A stretch of 64,000 nucleotides of DNA from Dimorphilus gyrociliatus (Eukaryota > Animalia > Annelida): assembly GCA_904063045.1 (NCBI GenBank), contig CAJFCJ010000003.1, positions 186,001-250,000 on the forward strand, in the 5' to 3' direction. Below the pieces are notes generated by a model. The model saw only the letters and a list, made by a program, of their open reading frames with translations. It was not told the DNA's origin and searched no databases. Positions 38,569 to 52,597 of this stretch are shown here, piece by piece. Position numbers and translations under genes: made by a program. Numbering within the stretch: position 1 is the stretch's first letter; each line of letters starts with the position of its first letter.

Positions 38569-39810
38569 TGTATATATATATTTTATATACTTTAGATATA
38601 TTTATATATACTTATGCGTGCGAATACTATATCTTTTTTTCTTTGCCCAAAGCGTTCTCCTCTCTAATAGTAATATGATTCCTAAAGTCTAATAAGAAAG
38701 ACCAAAAGGATGGGTTGGGCGTTTGTAAAGGATATTTTTAAAAATATAGGGAATAGAGGGAATTTCAAGGAAATTGTCCTTGAAATATCACTTAGTAATG
38801 CATTGTAAAGCAGTTATCAGATTAACTAAACGTTTATTGCATAAGGTTTCTAGATATTTTTAAATATAATATTAAATAGATATGCCTGAAGCAAACTGGT
38901 AGCTCCTAATGGGAAACGTACAAAGAAGAAAACTCTGATAAGTTTACTACCAACACTTTGTTCTTATTAAGGTTAATAACTACATGGTGAGAAAATACAA
39001 TTAATCTCCATCATCAATCACCCAATGTTATTTTATGTGACATTAATTAAAGAAAAGTTGGATAATTTCTAGTTAACTTGAACTTATTACCTTTTTTATT
39101 TACTTAATAAAGATGAAAGAAGAAATATGAATCGAGACAGAGACAGGGAGAAAGAAGAAATCTATCAAATCGATTGTATTTTTATGATACTTTTATGTGG
39201 AAAAATTAACTGTCATTATAGGTGTTGTCGTGTACTCTAAATTCCGAATATACTAATATATAGGATAGTAATTGTGTCCGTGTTCTATTTATCTCTTAAT
39301 CGAATTAAATAGATATTAAAATATCGTTTTTTAAAATATGAATAACTACAAAGAAATGATTATTGAACATAAGGTAAAGTAAAAAATGACAGCATCATGC
39401 AGTGAGAATTCAATTAAGATTGGCACTGGTTATTGTTGTATGACAATAACCATTGAAATAATGACTATCCCCTTAATTCTTTTATTTAAGTAACAGGAGG
39501 ACAGAATGGGCATTTTTCATGTATGGATGGTTAAATTCTTACTCCTCCTACTCTCTTTTTCCTACTCGTATTTTCAGGAATAGCCGTCTCCATTGGTTAT
39601 TGTCTGTCTCGCATTAATTCTATACAATTATTTAGTCTATTCTATAAAGGAAATGAACCGTTCTATCCTCTTATGCAAACAAGTATGATTTCCGTGCCTA
39701 AAATTTCTAAAAGACTTTTATCTACGGCCGTTTTCCCGCGCATTTTACTGATTCTTAGAATTGTTAGTATACAGTATACTAAAAGAATGGAAAAAAAAAA
39801 CTCTACTCAC

Positions 39811-40030
39811 TCCTAACTCGTAAGCGAAACGAAAAACTCTTTGAATGCCTCGAAGATATACCGCACTTGTAGATACCATCGTCTTCTGGTCGAACATCAG
39901 TTATAATTAATTGCCATTCATTCGTCCTATAATTATAATCGATGCTATATCTATCGTCGGGGAAGAATACAAATTTTCCAACAGTTAGCATATCAGCACT
40001 TCCGTCGGGTTTTTCTCGAGTCCATTGTAT
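39811..40030 (-). CDS. Dpr/ZIG-8-like Ig protein, exon encoding the second part of Ig domain 1
   Basis: Acceptor tctcgaatag| (phase 0), donor A|gtgagt. Encodes IQWTREKPDGSADMLTVGKFVFFPDDRYSI...NEWQLIITDVRPEDDGIYKCGISS, matching the Dpr-type W...LTVG...DxR...EWxLxI...DxGxYxC pattern. Confidence 0.9.
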
Positions 40031-43000
40031 CTATTCGAGATAAAAAAAAGATAATTACAAATAAGCCTATTCAACCTTATATAGACGCTTTCGGTAGAAC
40101 GCTTCCGACTTATACAATACAATAGAAATATTATCTGTGTAGGGCTTTATTAAAATATCTCTCCCCGAAGGGGTCGTTAGCTTTTGTTGGCCTAAACAAT
40201 TCTATTCAGATTCGAGTTTCAGATAAGAATTTCAAAGGTTTGTACTCTTTGTTGTATACTAGACGTTAATGAATGCTTAGGTAGATTGAGTGCTCCTTGG
40301 TCCAATGACAATCTAGGTATTCTTTTGCTATTCTCTCATTTTTTTTTCATTTAAATTGATTAATGAGAGTTTAAATTTGAATAATGACTCTTTTTTCTTT
40401 TTATATAGAACCGTTTTTTAGTTCCTTATATCTTTGTTTACATTTGGAATAGAAAGTAGCATCTTTCTTTCTCTCTCTCTCTCTCTTGGTATCACTACAG
40501 TAAACTTTCTCTAATGCGTAATGAAGAATAACCAATAAAAACAAGTTCACAACCTAAATAAATTCAGAATTATAAGATTTTCCCATATAACCCTGAATAA
40601 AAATAGAAATGACAGGGAAAAAAGAGAGACGAGGTGAAGACCTTGCTAATGAGAAAGATGAACTGATATAGATGGATGAATTTACCCAAATCCTCTCTAT
40701 CTCGTTTTCCCTAAAAGTTTCCTACTTCAAAAAAAAACACGTACACTTTGCTTAAGCGACTTTTCTCTCGAAAAGCTATTAAATGACAATAAATAAACAT
40801 TAAGTCTTATAGACAGACTGGCCACGTCTATGATACAAAGACGGAATTGCTAAGGGAGAGGGCGTAGGGTGGGAAAGAGGAAGGTTATGTATGAGTGCGT
40901 ATGAGTGTATGTGAGAGAGGGAGACGTATATAGATGGAGAGAGGGAGGGAGCGAGAGTGTGAGAGAATGAGAATGAGAGAGAGAGAGAGAAGGTGAGACG
41001 AAAAGAGAAATATTGCAGGAAAGAAGCAGAAAAAAAGATTTGAAAGAGAGAGAAAGAGGCAGTTATACCCTAATATTGCAATATTTATTGACAGTAATTT
41101 ATCTTCTATTTAATAAAACGTTTATTATTACTTAGTCATTGGTTGTGATAGATTATAGGCTGATACACTGCATATATACAGTATATATTTCGTAAATATT
41201 CTTTTGGCTCTAATTTGTTTTAAGATTCTTTTTATCATTTTTTTTGTTGGTCTAGTTTATTTTACTAATCTATTTCCCGGAAATATTTCGCTTAGCAGCT
41301 GAGTCAATGAAGTTGGAAGCTTCAGTGAAAATGATGTATAAAAGCAGGTGAGGCGTATATCGAAACGGCTATAGACCTCTTATTTTTAAGGGTTTATAAT
41401 TGCTAGCTGTAGTATGATATAGTAAACTATTTACTAGGTTGAATAGGGAAGAAATGTGTAAAAATCTTATGAAAGGCGAAGGAAGAGAGACGAAAAGATT
41501 GTGGAAGAAGAGTGTACAATGAATAATTTAAAGTTGAATGATTAAAAAGTAGCAATAGAGAAGAGGCAAAAAATTACTTCAAGCGAATAAACGGACTTTT
41601 TGGCTTCTTTTCTAAGATAAACATAGTTAAATTGGCACACTGCTGTAAATTTGGTTTACAACTTACGTCCTGCTGCTTGTCAATCACCGTCACGTGACTA
41701 GTGTTAATAAGGGCGTTGAGTAAGGCTATTGGGAATAATTCTTTATTTCCATTAAAAAAAGAAGTAGCGCGTGACTAGTTTAGTGAATATATAATTAAAC
41801 GTCCGTTTGTAAATAAACTGAAAAATAGAAAAAACCTAATCGGAAATAATAGAACGCACCTATTTATAATACAATAACAAGTCACGCAAGACAACCTGTA
41901 ACTTTGTCTACTTGGGTTTTTTACTTGGCGTGTAAACGCAAATATTATTAAAATTGAAAACGAATGAGCAGTATTAACTACTTAACGTAAAGTCTAATTT
42001 TGTATGATTCATATACATAATTAGCGTCACTGTTAGACTGTAGTTTGTCACGTAAAAGGCAGTACGGAAAAGGATTATTATACCGGCAAACAATTGCCGG
42101 GTTTATTGCAATAAGCGCCCCGCTTGTTCCGACTTCGATTGCGCAACATCTTACAAACAATGCCTCTCGCAATAGATCGAATTTAGACGAGTTCAACAAC
42201 CGACTGAAATGATTTTTCGAGAATTCGTGTACACAACTCTACTTAGTTTGTCTTGTTTATATATTAAACTAAGAGAAATACTACAACTACATGGCTATTT
42301 TAGCAATCGCCTTTTGAATGCAACTGGATTATATTGCAGTCGAACTGCAGTAATTGAAAGAAATTGCACTCAGACGAATCTGTCGTGAGCTATAAAATCA
42401 AAGAGAAAGTTTGAAGAAAGGCAGCTGCGAATTTTTTAACAGATGCGCATGATTTCGATAGGAAAGAGGATGACCCTAAGGGATTCAGCTTAGGTTGAAT
42501 TTGTTTCCCTCATCAACAACCGATTGAGAATTGTCAGATCAAATAAAAATTTCAAATAATCTCTTTATCATAAGAGAAAAAAGTTGAAAGGCAAACAACT
42601 TTAAAGTAAGATAAAAAAGAACAACGATTAATCTATGAAATATAATTGGTTAATATTTCTTTAAGGCCTAAAACTGCAAAATAAATAGGGAAAAATGCAG
42701 TGAAGAGACGTTAAAAGGGCTAAATATTATTATCTTTTTTTATAGATTTAATGTTACCCTCTTCTCCTTTTCCCTACTTTCCTGCTAACCCTCTCCCCTC
42801 TTTCTTTCTTTCTATCTCTCGCTTATTAGCTCTTTTCCAGTCTTTTTTTTCAATATTCTTTCCTTTCCTTCTCTTTTCAAGTATTTTTTTCAACCTTTAC
42901 TGTATATCTTTCCTTCTTTTCAGTCCTATATTTGTCAGGCAATCATTACCCCTCTCTCTCTCTCTCTCAGTCTCTCTCTTTCTCTTCCTTCACTTTCCCC

Positions 43001-46000
43001 CTCCCCTTCTCGCTTGCTCTCGTTCCATCCATCCATCCATCAATCTATCTTTTTCTTCTCTACATACTTGAGCAATCTTAATAGCTTGTATTTTCTTCCC
43101 TTTGATATTCATCCACCCGATATAGCCCAGGGAAAATCGTTGATACAATGAAAAATTAGCATCTTTCTATTCTAAAAGAGTTTGTAAGAAGTAGAGTAAC
43201 TATATATGTATGCTTACGATAATTGATTGTAAAAGATGCACTATTGTATGAAAATGTTTGCTCAATCTACAGAATTCGAAATATATCAATAGATTTACGA
43301 AAGAAAGAAACAGTAGCCATAAAATAGAATTGATGATTTAATTTTCATCAGAGAAACTTACTTTTGATAAATAAAAAAGAGAGACAAGAGTCTCTCGAGT
43401 TTGAAAACTGCGAAATCTAGTACAGATACCCCGAGTAATTTGGTCTCTAGAGGTAGAGTCGACGTCGTGTGATAAACGCTTAAATTTTTTAACAAATAGA
43501 CAGTCAATAGAAAATGTTAAGCACGTTTTCCCCCGTTTATTTCATATATATATATATATATATATTCTCTATTTCTGCGTCTCTTTTCACACTCATAAGC
43601 TCCTCTTATAACGCATTGGCTTTGGAAACAAACATTGGAAATTTATGATAAATGTATACTCTTGTAAAATGTATATCACTTCTGAGGGATACATGAAACG
43701 TGAGATTTAGAGGCAGCTGCAAAATCCGCAGTAAACTCGGAAATTTTGCCTTACTTGAGCGTCTCTTGAGGCAGTATGACGCCTATAGTGATAAATTTAC
43801 GACATCCACGTTCGAAAAATTTTTAACAGATTGTACTTTTGACCATATCTAAGAGGCAGATGCGTCGAGTTTTTACAAATCATGGCACGGTCGAAGGATA
43901 AAATGACGCAGGCGTTCAATGCTTAAGCGTTGACAAACGCGTTATTCCGGTCAACAAGTTGGGCGTGTGAGCGACTAATCTAACTTTGCGGTTTGCAATC
44001 GATCAATTTATAGACGCCGACTGCAAAAAAGAGGCCCGACGACTGCCAAATGCAGTATCAATTGCAGTAGCTGTCACAGGAAGACGTACAGACGCTCTTA
44101 TAAGTTTTTGTAGTCTATCAATGAATTTATGAGCCTTTCGTGTATAAAGTAAGCTAATTATTAACTGATAAATTGACGAACTGCGATAGATTGCTCAGAA
44201 AAAGGGATAAAAAATAGGACTTAAATAAATGATAGGCAACAGAGAGTCGGTTGTTTACAAAGGGTATTTAAAAGGAAATCTATCACCATTTATAATGCCG
44301 CTCAATTGGAACAGATTGAAAAAAAATTAAATATAAATGAATAGAATTCTGTCATTTGAAATATTACAAAAAAAACGCCACCTAGAATGAATGGGAAAAA
44401 AAGGAGCTTAAATCGAGAAGACCCTGGCCGGTCATTCGTCCTCACTTAATTTGTATAAACAAAATTCCAACGCGCTCACTTAAAATCTCAGAAGATGCAC
44501 TTTGCAGTCTACTGCAAAACTATTGCACTAACGACTACCACGGCAGTAAGGGGAGAGCTACTACAAAAATGCAATTCATCAATGGCGTCGGCCTTTTGCC
44601 GCCCTTTTCGCCCTGCACGGTCGGGCCATTATCCCACTCACGTGCCGAGCATGACGTCATCCATCTTAAAAGGAACTGCATCTAAATGATGGCCCTTCGA
44701 CAATGGCATGTTGGACAGACAAGTCTATACGTCAATGTTCACGTAATATGACATAACTGTTGGACATGTGGGAGAAGGACATGTAAATGCTCCAATGCAA
44801 ATATAGAGCAAGCATTAGGTGAATATTAGAGATATTGCAGACAATATGTGCCCTAATAAGGAATATATACAAAACCTCAATGAATTGCAAAGTATATATG
44901 CGCCCATATACAGTATTCTCTCTCTCTCTCTCTCTCTCTCTCTATAAATTTATATATATATATATATATTCGTTACAAACAATACGTATTAGTATGCCCT
45001 ATAACAATATATTAGTAGACAGTCAAAGGAAAAGAGGCGAGGGGAGGGGGGAACGCTCTAAATAAATCAGTTATAGGCGAAATAATTTTCCTTTATCCAT
45101 ATAGATATAACCCTAAATATCCGTATGTATACGGTACAGGGTAGATAAAATTTATATATATATATATATTTGTAACAACTGATCGATGCTGCGTTAATCG
45201 ATATTTCCTCTCCTATATTTTCATATATATTGATCCCCTACAGGAATGTACATAGTCCTCTTGATGGGTTTGTCTTATCTGATATACAATGTTTGTCTAT
45301 TTTGTCAATGGTTTGTAAATTTCCAAAGTCACTACGTGACTCAAACCAACTGACTCGGGCTTCGCTAAACATTACGTTTCCACCATAATTGTATTTTCTT
45401 TAACATTGCATTCCTTTTCGTCTGTTTTTAGCTAGTTTATCTTATGGTTCGACGCCTTTAGCTTTTAGAAATTGACACATTTTCCCTTTTTTCTTCCCTC
45501 CTTCTGCCCCTTTTTCTTTGCCTTCTTCTGCCTCTTTTTCCTTTGCTTTATTATCGTTTCCGATTTGCTTGATTTGTCTTGCTTTATGCTCTTTTTGCGT
45601 TTTATGTTTTAGGTTAGCAAGCAATGTTAAAGATTAAAGATTATCGCATTATATTATGAATAATGTATATTTTTTTCTTTTATTTTACTATCTGTTTGTG
45701 TTTTCGAAGGGAAGAGGGTTCAATAGAATGATTGAAAGGAAGAAAGCCATATACATATGTATATACATTATATAGGGGAGGGAAAAGAAAATTAGTTTGG
45801 TCCGAAAGGAGGTTCCGATCGGGGCTAATAAATATAAAAAAGAAGAGAGGGAATAGATAGATAGATAAAGGAAGCGGAACTTGATCATATTGCCTCTTTT
45901 GTTACATTTCATCCAAGTTATATATCTTTTAATAGAATAATCTTAAATGCTTAGCTTTAGAGTAAATTTTTCTTTTCCCCAGTTAAGAAGAAATTGGATA

Positions 46001-49000
46001 AAAAGATAATTAAAAAAGAGAGAGAAATGATTAAAGAAGAAAAAGGTAATTTTCTTATAGAAATATCATGCACATGAGGTTAATTTCATTTCCTCATTTT
46101 AATGGATTTCAAAGTATAGAGCGTGATCTTAAAAAAACTTTCAAAGCTGACTTGCATTTTATTAAAAATACAAGCAACGACTCGCTAAATCACGTTTCTT
46201 TGTTTGTCAAGGTGATGTTCGTAGAAACTGTCGATTTATCCATATCGCATTTCCCTTCATATATTTGCTCATAAATATTTGATTTATATCTACTCAACCT
46301 AAAATCGTCCCAATTTAAATGTAATTTCTAACGATTTTCCGAAACCGGAAGTTTCTTGGTTTCTGTTCATACATGTATATATTTATACAAGACTAAAATA
46401 CACACATTCTAATACAGTTTAATGTACTCAATAAAGCTTTCTATTGCCTTTTCTTATATCTTTAATTTATTCTTACTATAATTTAACTAGTTTAATTTAT
46501 TTCCCTTTACTTTCTGTAATAATAAAACTAATAGCAAAATCTAGCCTTTCTCTTTTAATCTTGTTTAGTGTCACGAAGTAAAATAGCATACTTGTCAGTC
46601 TAATAGGAAAGAGAAAAGAAACCTTTTGTATACATCTATTGGGTTACTGGTTTGTCACCACACCTTTACTTTCGAAAAGTTTGTTCTATGTGTAAAAATA
46701 AGCCTTTTACTACCACTCCTCTTCTTCTCTTTCCGCTACTACTGTATATAGCCTACTACTCTTTCTATCATACAGCGTACGACATTCCTCTTTCAAACGT
46801 CTAATAAACTTTATTAGCGAGCCAATGAAATTGTTCTTACGAATTATACGGAGGCGTCTAATATCAGAGTAATATATAAGGAAAAAGAGTACATTCTTTC
46901 GTAAATAGCTAAGCGAGAGCGGGGGGGAAACTAAACGAATTTTCCATCTCAATTACTCTGCCTATCCACATTTTCACTACCCAACTTGCCAACAAGAGAG
47001 TTATTCCTCTCCTTTCTCTCAAGAACAGATCGGAGAGGAAGCTATTGGATTCCGTTGCCCTCTAGCCTACTTCTCTTCCATAAAAGAATTTTCGTTAATT
47101 TTTCTCTCTTAAAGTGTAATTAAGAGAGAATTTGAATAAGGGAAGAAGAGCGAAAGAAGGGGTATTCGTTTAATTGTTCACTATCTATTTATAGTTGGAA
47201 GAATGTTGTCCCGAAGCATGTCTAGCAAACAGTGAAAAAGAAGATTGTAAATGGTCTACTACCGTGTCAACAAAAACTACGGATAGAGTAGGAACAATCG
47301 AGCTCTCTATTTAAATTTGATAGGTGTTGAAACTAGACTTTTCAAATGCATAAAAATTCAATTTCCTTAATATGTATAAATATATAGGAAGAACTAAATT
47401 TGTTCAATAAATTGAATATATATAAATATGTACGTAGAACGTAGTTGAACAGGACACACATCATATACTATTAATTGTAACGCATAGTAGAATGGTTGTA
47501 CGAGTATCATGGCATCTTAAACTTGTTACTCTTCTGCCTCTTCTACCTATTCTGTCCTGGTTTCTTGTCTATATATGCTCTACCTATTCTAATTGGCCAG
47601 CCATTAGGCCTCTTAAATGCTCAATTATTATTTAATTCTAGTCTATATTTTTCATAATAAAACGTGATTTAATGCTTTTACTAGAAAATAGGCATTAGTC
47701 TACTGCCTTCTACGTGACTGCCTTTATTCGTAGCCGTCACTTAACAGGCTCATTACATTCGATAAGAGTCACTCTAACGTTGGCAAACTGGGTTTGCCTT
47801 ATTCTCGAACGTTAATCAATCACCATGCGGCGTCCAAACGTTAATTAGGCGTCTAAAGTGGACGGCCATTACAAAAGTATAGAAATTTCTTTTCTTTTCA
47901 ATTTTTTTCTTCTGGAGCAGTAGCCTAAGGACCTATTACGTAACATTTGACGTCGGCGATATTACTTTAGTCATTTTAGACTTAACCCTTAAGGGCGGTT
48001 TATTGTGTAGAAAACGGTCGAAACCTTTTGATCCTTGCCGTTGTTAACGATTTGCACGATTTTGTCAATGCTATGGTCAATATATCGAATTTGTTGTTAG
48101 TATACGATCACGTGATCTTTCCTTTACTACTCTTTTTGTTTGGAGATGAGCTCGACAAGGATAAATATGAATTTATACGAAAAAATATATGAATAATGTG
48201 TGCATGTATGTGTGAATATTCATTCAGGCAAGGGAGAGGAGGACAAATAGAGAGAGAGAGAGAGAGCGAGTAAAAGTATCTTTATATTTATTAGAAATAA
48301 ATTTATTGGGCCTATTAATCAACTAGTTAATTTAATATTTGTAAAGAGAGACGGGATAAAATATCATCTTATAATTTAATAACCGAATATTTGTACTACA
48401 GGCAGGAAGTAAAGAAATATTCTATATAACATATAAATGACTTGGTATAATGTAAAAGTATCCATAGAGTTGACATTTTTGCCATTGCTGGCTTTTGTAG
48501 AGGAGGAAACACGAAAAATAATAGCTCGAACAGAAAAGAGACAAATATGCAAATCAAGTAGAAGAGAACTTCTAATCTATAAATAAGTATTAAAGCGTGC
48601 GTTACTTATACTCAACTCGTACTTAAAGTCTTCCAATCAGTGATAATCATTTGCAGCTTAACAAAAGTAGGGGAACAGTACAAAAGAAAATACCGAGAAA
48701 AAAAGATTCTCTTAATCTCTTTTTCTAAAACATTTCTACACTACGTACAGTTGGCGAACGAGGAGAGTAAGAGTGAGATAGAGAGAGGTGAAAAGGGGCG
48801 ATGGTCGCCTAGACAGGCAGACATACTGTAAATGCTTATAGTGTTTAGTATAAATTATACTTATTATTTTATAAAGAATAATATCTGTACAAAGACTAGA
48901 AAGACCAAGGAAAAAAGAGGAAGAAAGAAAAGTGTAGGAGGAATAAAATTGAGAGAATAATAAGAGATTATTACAGTAAATCTAATCATTATTAATATTT

Positions 49001-50040
49001 AATGCAGATTTCTATTTACAGAAAAACTATATGTTTTAATATAATGATATCAAATGATTAATAGGATATTTTTTTTTCTGCTGTTTAGTGTCAGTTTTCT
49101 TTTTATGCTATTTTAAGGTTATATTCGATCACGTGACTAAGAAATCCCTTATTTAGAGTTTAGTAGAAGTGGATGTGTGGGAAAAATGCGTGATGGAATC
49201 GTTTATAAACCTACGAAATATTTAATGCTAAATTGATAATAAATTAATAAATAAGGAATTTTTTTCTATTTTTGTTTTTTTAAAGAAACAAAATAATAAA
49301 GATGAAAATGAGATTAAAAATTCTAATTGGATAATAAATCATTGAAATATTTATGGCGGAAATAAAAGCAAATTTATAATAGACAAATATAAACAGGAAA
49401 AGAAATGCGTTTTGAACAAATGAACATGTTCATTAAGACTTTCTTTTTACAGGCGTTTCTTTTATAATTTTCCATATAGATTCCTAGCGGAAACTTATTA
49501 TTAGACGCCTATAGTAAAACTTTCAATGTATTTTTTAAGGCTTTCTTATAAAAAAATACTAGCAACTCCCGCTTCCAAGTGCCGAACGTTTACTCGTAGG
49601 AATTCGATTACAAGGAATTATAAATCTCTTTAATTGCATTTATTGCACGCAATTGACGTATTAGTTACGTGTAGTAAGAGATATATATGCTCATTTCCTA
49701 AGAGGGTCCATTTAGTACGGGTTACATGCACCGTTATTTGGGTAAGCGTACCGTAAAATCACCTAATTGGAAAAAATTTAATAAGCTATTTATAAATGAA
49801 GTTACGTGAGGAGGATCCTTTTTAAAAGTTCCTTTTATAGCCCAAGTGAGGGTAGGATAAAAAAAGTTGACAACTTTGAATACTCTTCAACCCCACTTTT
49901 TATATAAAAAGGAAAGGAAAACTTAACACGAAAGCAATTCCAAGTTAGTTTGGTTATTTGCCTGTTCTTTCTTATTGTTCTACCGTTTCGCCATATAGAA
50001 AATGAATGGTGCGAGTACGTCTTAATAAAAATCGGCTTAC

Positions 50041-50159
50041 CTTTTTTGTACCTAGATATGCCACTTTGCACCTTAAAATTGCTCTATCACCCGGCGACAC
50101 CGTCACGTTCGGATCCATATTCATAAATTCCGTAAATTTCCGTCGGGAATATCGTTCAC
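50041..50159 (-). CDS. Dpr/ZIG-8-like Ig protein, exon encoding the first part of Ig domain 1 (upstream signal-peptide exon not found)
   Basis: Acceptor cttgacag| (phase 1), donor AAG|gtaagc (phase 0). Encodes ERYSRRKFTEFMNMDPNVTVSPGDRAILRCKVAYLGTKK, typical of Dpr-like Ig1 N-halves, and joins the 40030 exon in frame. Confidence 0.87.
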
Positions 50160-52558
50160 CTGTCAAGTACTAAAGATTAGTCATTAAACCTAGCAAAAAT
50201 ATTTAATTGTAACGACAAGACTAAGGCGATCCCTTTTCCCTTTACTGTATTCTTCCTTTTGTCTTTTACATTCCCTTCGTCTTTATTAATTTTCCCTTTT
50301 TAGTTTTTGTTGTTTTCTCACCTGCTCATTAGAGAAGTGATAAAACTCTAATTGACTGGGAAAATCAATTGGTTTCTCACTAGTTTTTTATGGAAAAAAT
50401 TGGAAATCTTTAACCGGACTGAGGGATACAATTGATTCGCCTTTTGAAGCGTTTTGTCCCGCTTTTGTGAACAGTTAAGGCTAGATTACTTTAATTGATT
50501 TGTTGCATAGACATATTTTAGCGTCTATATGATAATGGAGGAATAGGAAATGCCGAGATTCGTATATGCAAATGAAGATGCTTAATGTCCCATGCGTTTT
50601 CACAATACCGGTCAGTCTTAATGTATCATTTGCACCTTTACAGCTATATTATTGGCTATAATACGACAGATGGTCGATCGCTTAAAGTCAAGTAAGACTA
50701 TTACAAGTGGAGTGGCTGCCGAAGAAAGGAAATTCCAAGGCGTTTCTGTTAACATATATATGTTTTTATAAAGGAACATATAGAGTGTATCTATAGAGAG
50801 CGTTATAAAATATTGAAGTAAGAACAGCAAAGGTAAAAAGAGCAGTTTACAGACCTTTTCAAATATGTATACAAGTATAAATACACTATATACGGCTATA
50901 TAGTCTACAACACTTGTGCATCACTACAGAGAGAACACATGCCATACACTTGTATTTATCGGTTTGCTTAGACAAAAACACCTTGCTTTGGCGCATTTAT
51001 ATCGAATGAATTTATATGGCAAGCGGATATATTTGTCCATACATCTTAACTGTCTTTCTAGGAAAATGAATATTCATTTGTTCCATCAGTAAATAAATAT
51101 AATATATATTGTATTGGTTGTATGTATATAATTTTCTTTACCGTTGACTGGCTATTCATATCATTACTACTATACAAACGAAAAAAGTGAAGAACTTTAC
51201 CGAGTGCAATTTACTTTGTCCTAGGGATGTTTAGAGTACGGAAACCGTGATTGCTGTATAAACTAATGAAAAGTCCATTAAGAAATGTGAGAAAATTATA
51301 AGGATGATTCTTTTGTATTCCTTCTTTCCCTTTTTTTTTCCTTGTTTTTTCTTCTCTCTTCTTTTCTTTCTATTCTTCTCCGTTTTTATATTTTAGTTTT
51401 ATTAATTTCTATTATTCTAAACTTAATGATCCTCTCAAAAACTTTTTTCTCTTCTTCCTCCTTCTCCTCTTCATCATCATCCTCATCTTCGGATTCCCAC
51501 CCCCGCCTCCTTCACACAGCCGTATGTAATTTTTACGTATAGCAACGTATGGTATGCAATTTCAATGAATATTGCCAGAAAACATGGCGAAAGGGAATGT
51601 CTACTACTTCGACTGATAGAAAGACGAGCTATATGAGTGCAAGAATGATTAAAATGGAATGCTGTACATTGTTGATTGTACCCCGCCACACTTGATAGAA
51701 GAAATGTGTCAACAGAAACAAAACTAAGGGTTATTAATTCGAATTTCACAGCGCATGGAAGAAGCATCTGTGATAGTATTGTTATAAAATGCAAATAAGA
51801 CCCAGTGTCACCTCCTTTCCACACCCGAATGGCAAATTTGAAACAAACATAATATGTAAATATCTCTGGCATCCAATTACGTCTTAAAGTATATAAACTG
51901 CAGTATTCGCAAACATGAATTATTGATTACGCAATCTGATAAGTGCTCGTATTGATCAGGGCGCTTTACTGCAATGACCAACTGGAAAAGAAATTTCTTC
52001 CATAAGAAAAACAGGGCCTTTGGCGTAAACAAACAATAAAGCCTTGCATTTCGAAGCTTTTCGCTTGTTTACACGGCGATAATCAGTCGATTATCAGATG
52101 ACTTTTAACCTTTTCTTCCATGTAAAAAATTCGATTTTCAAGAGTCTTTTTAGCGAATCAGACGCAAAAATAGATCTGCAGGAGAGGAAAATCCGATGCG
52201 GAAGTGACGCTTCGACGAACGTGACGCCGCTTACCGAGCTTCTAGGGTGTTATGTTTGAACAGGGATTTTTTCATATAGAACAGATTCACGTAGAAATAA
52301 CATTTACAGTTCGATAAGGCGTTTGCATTTTTTATTCGTTCTGGAATTAAGTAAGTCTCCTTTGGGGAGTAGAAACGCTCAACTAGAAAGGAGAATTGTC
52401 ATCTCGAAAGCTACCTTTAGCCTGTCAGTTTGGTTTATTTACCTATGAAGGATGCAATTAAGTTTAGAATTTCATTATTCAATGGAGAAATAATGGAATT
52501 GTCTTTTACCCTCCTTCTTTTAGTCTTACTTTCCTTGTCATTTATTCTCGTATTTCTT

Positions 52559-52597
<39 letters not shown>

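Noticed and set aside
41900-47400. Mutually exclusive Ig exons or a nested gene in the 10-kb Dpr-like intron (ORFs at 41978, 44495, 46710)
   Set aside because: None has Ig Cys/Trp/DxGxYxC motifs or phase-compatible splice sites, and no homology was recognised.
51483-51872. 129-aa minus-strand ORF as a standalone gene or the Dpr leader exon
   Set aside because: The hydrophobic stretch is not a convincing signal peptide, and the only phase-1 donor (gtgaca) is weak.
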